A DNA stretch of 44,488 nucleotides, taken from NCBI GenBank assembly GCA_024679065.1, contig JAGIQG010000272.1:1-44488 (forward strand), in the 5' to 3' direction. The position numbers and the translations under genes are program-made. The stretch's first letter is position 1; each line of letters begins with the position of its first letter. Positions 43,901-44,488 of this stretch are shown here, piece after piece. This DNA comes from Sphyrna mokarran (Eukaryota). A model generated the notes under the pieces. The model was not told where the DNA came from. It was given only the letters and a program-made list of their open reading frames with translations, and ran no database searches.

Positions 43901-44488
43901 CTTATAACTAAATGTAACATTTATTGATGCGGCAATTTCTATTGAACTGACACTCACTCAGTCCAGTATTCAGATGTTTGCCAATGCTTCAGGTGTGAGA
44001 AGTTTGAATATTTGTCAAATTGGAATTCAATGAGAGATGGGCCCAGATTGTAATGCATGGAATTTCCAGTGTTTGTTACAATTGTACACAGTGAAATTGT
44101 ACACAGCGTTTGCTTTTAACATAAACTGTATATTTCAAAGTAATAGGATGAGTGAAATGTTATGGAAGAAGTAATGAATTTCGATTTGCGCTCTGCAGCG
44201 TCTGGATCTTCTTATCAATCCTTGTCATTTCGTCGCCAGCTCTGTCCTGATTTATATAAATTGGTATTAATCCAGAAACTCACATGCCACAAACTCAATA
44301 GTCTTTCATGCTCAGGCGTTTGAAGAGTTCATCTCAATGCTTCTTAAATGTCGTGAGATTTTCCAACGTTACCCCATTCAGGCAATGACTTCCATGTTCT
44401 TACTACCATCTGAGTGGAAATCATTTTCATCCCATCTGCTGTAAACTTCAAGCTCTTTAGCTTAAATCAATGTTCCAGGCTGTGCATT

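Overview
Repeat-rich eukaryotic genomic DNA. The CR1 LINE and tRNA-derived SINE families look like those of a cartilaginous fish (shark); this taxonomy is an inference. Most long ORFs are CR1 retrotransposon fragments. Two things stand out. (1) A complete 8-exon immunoglobulin-superfamily receptor gene on the + strand (ATG 33719 to TGA 43542, about 342 aa): leader, germline pre-joined VJ-type domain, C1-set domain, Cys-containing stalk/TM exon, and a four-exon cytoplasmic tail ending in a YASL (ITIM-like) motif. All introns are GT-AG and phase-compatible, and I found no RSS. It looks like a non-rearranging antigen-receptor-like (VJ-C1-TM) inhibitory-type receptor. (2) A young full-length CR1 element (- strand, 6811-12366) nested in another copy of its own family with a 6-bp target-site duplication. 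Its 5' UTR is about 6.8 near-identical 220-221 bp monomers, each with ETS, TATA and Inr motifs, and the element's 5' end falls on the predicted Inr +1 of a monomer. Also present: a CR1-SINE chimeric element in three copies, and two old local duplications. Coordinates were counted by eye; boundaries of old repeats are approximate.
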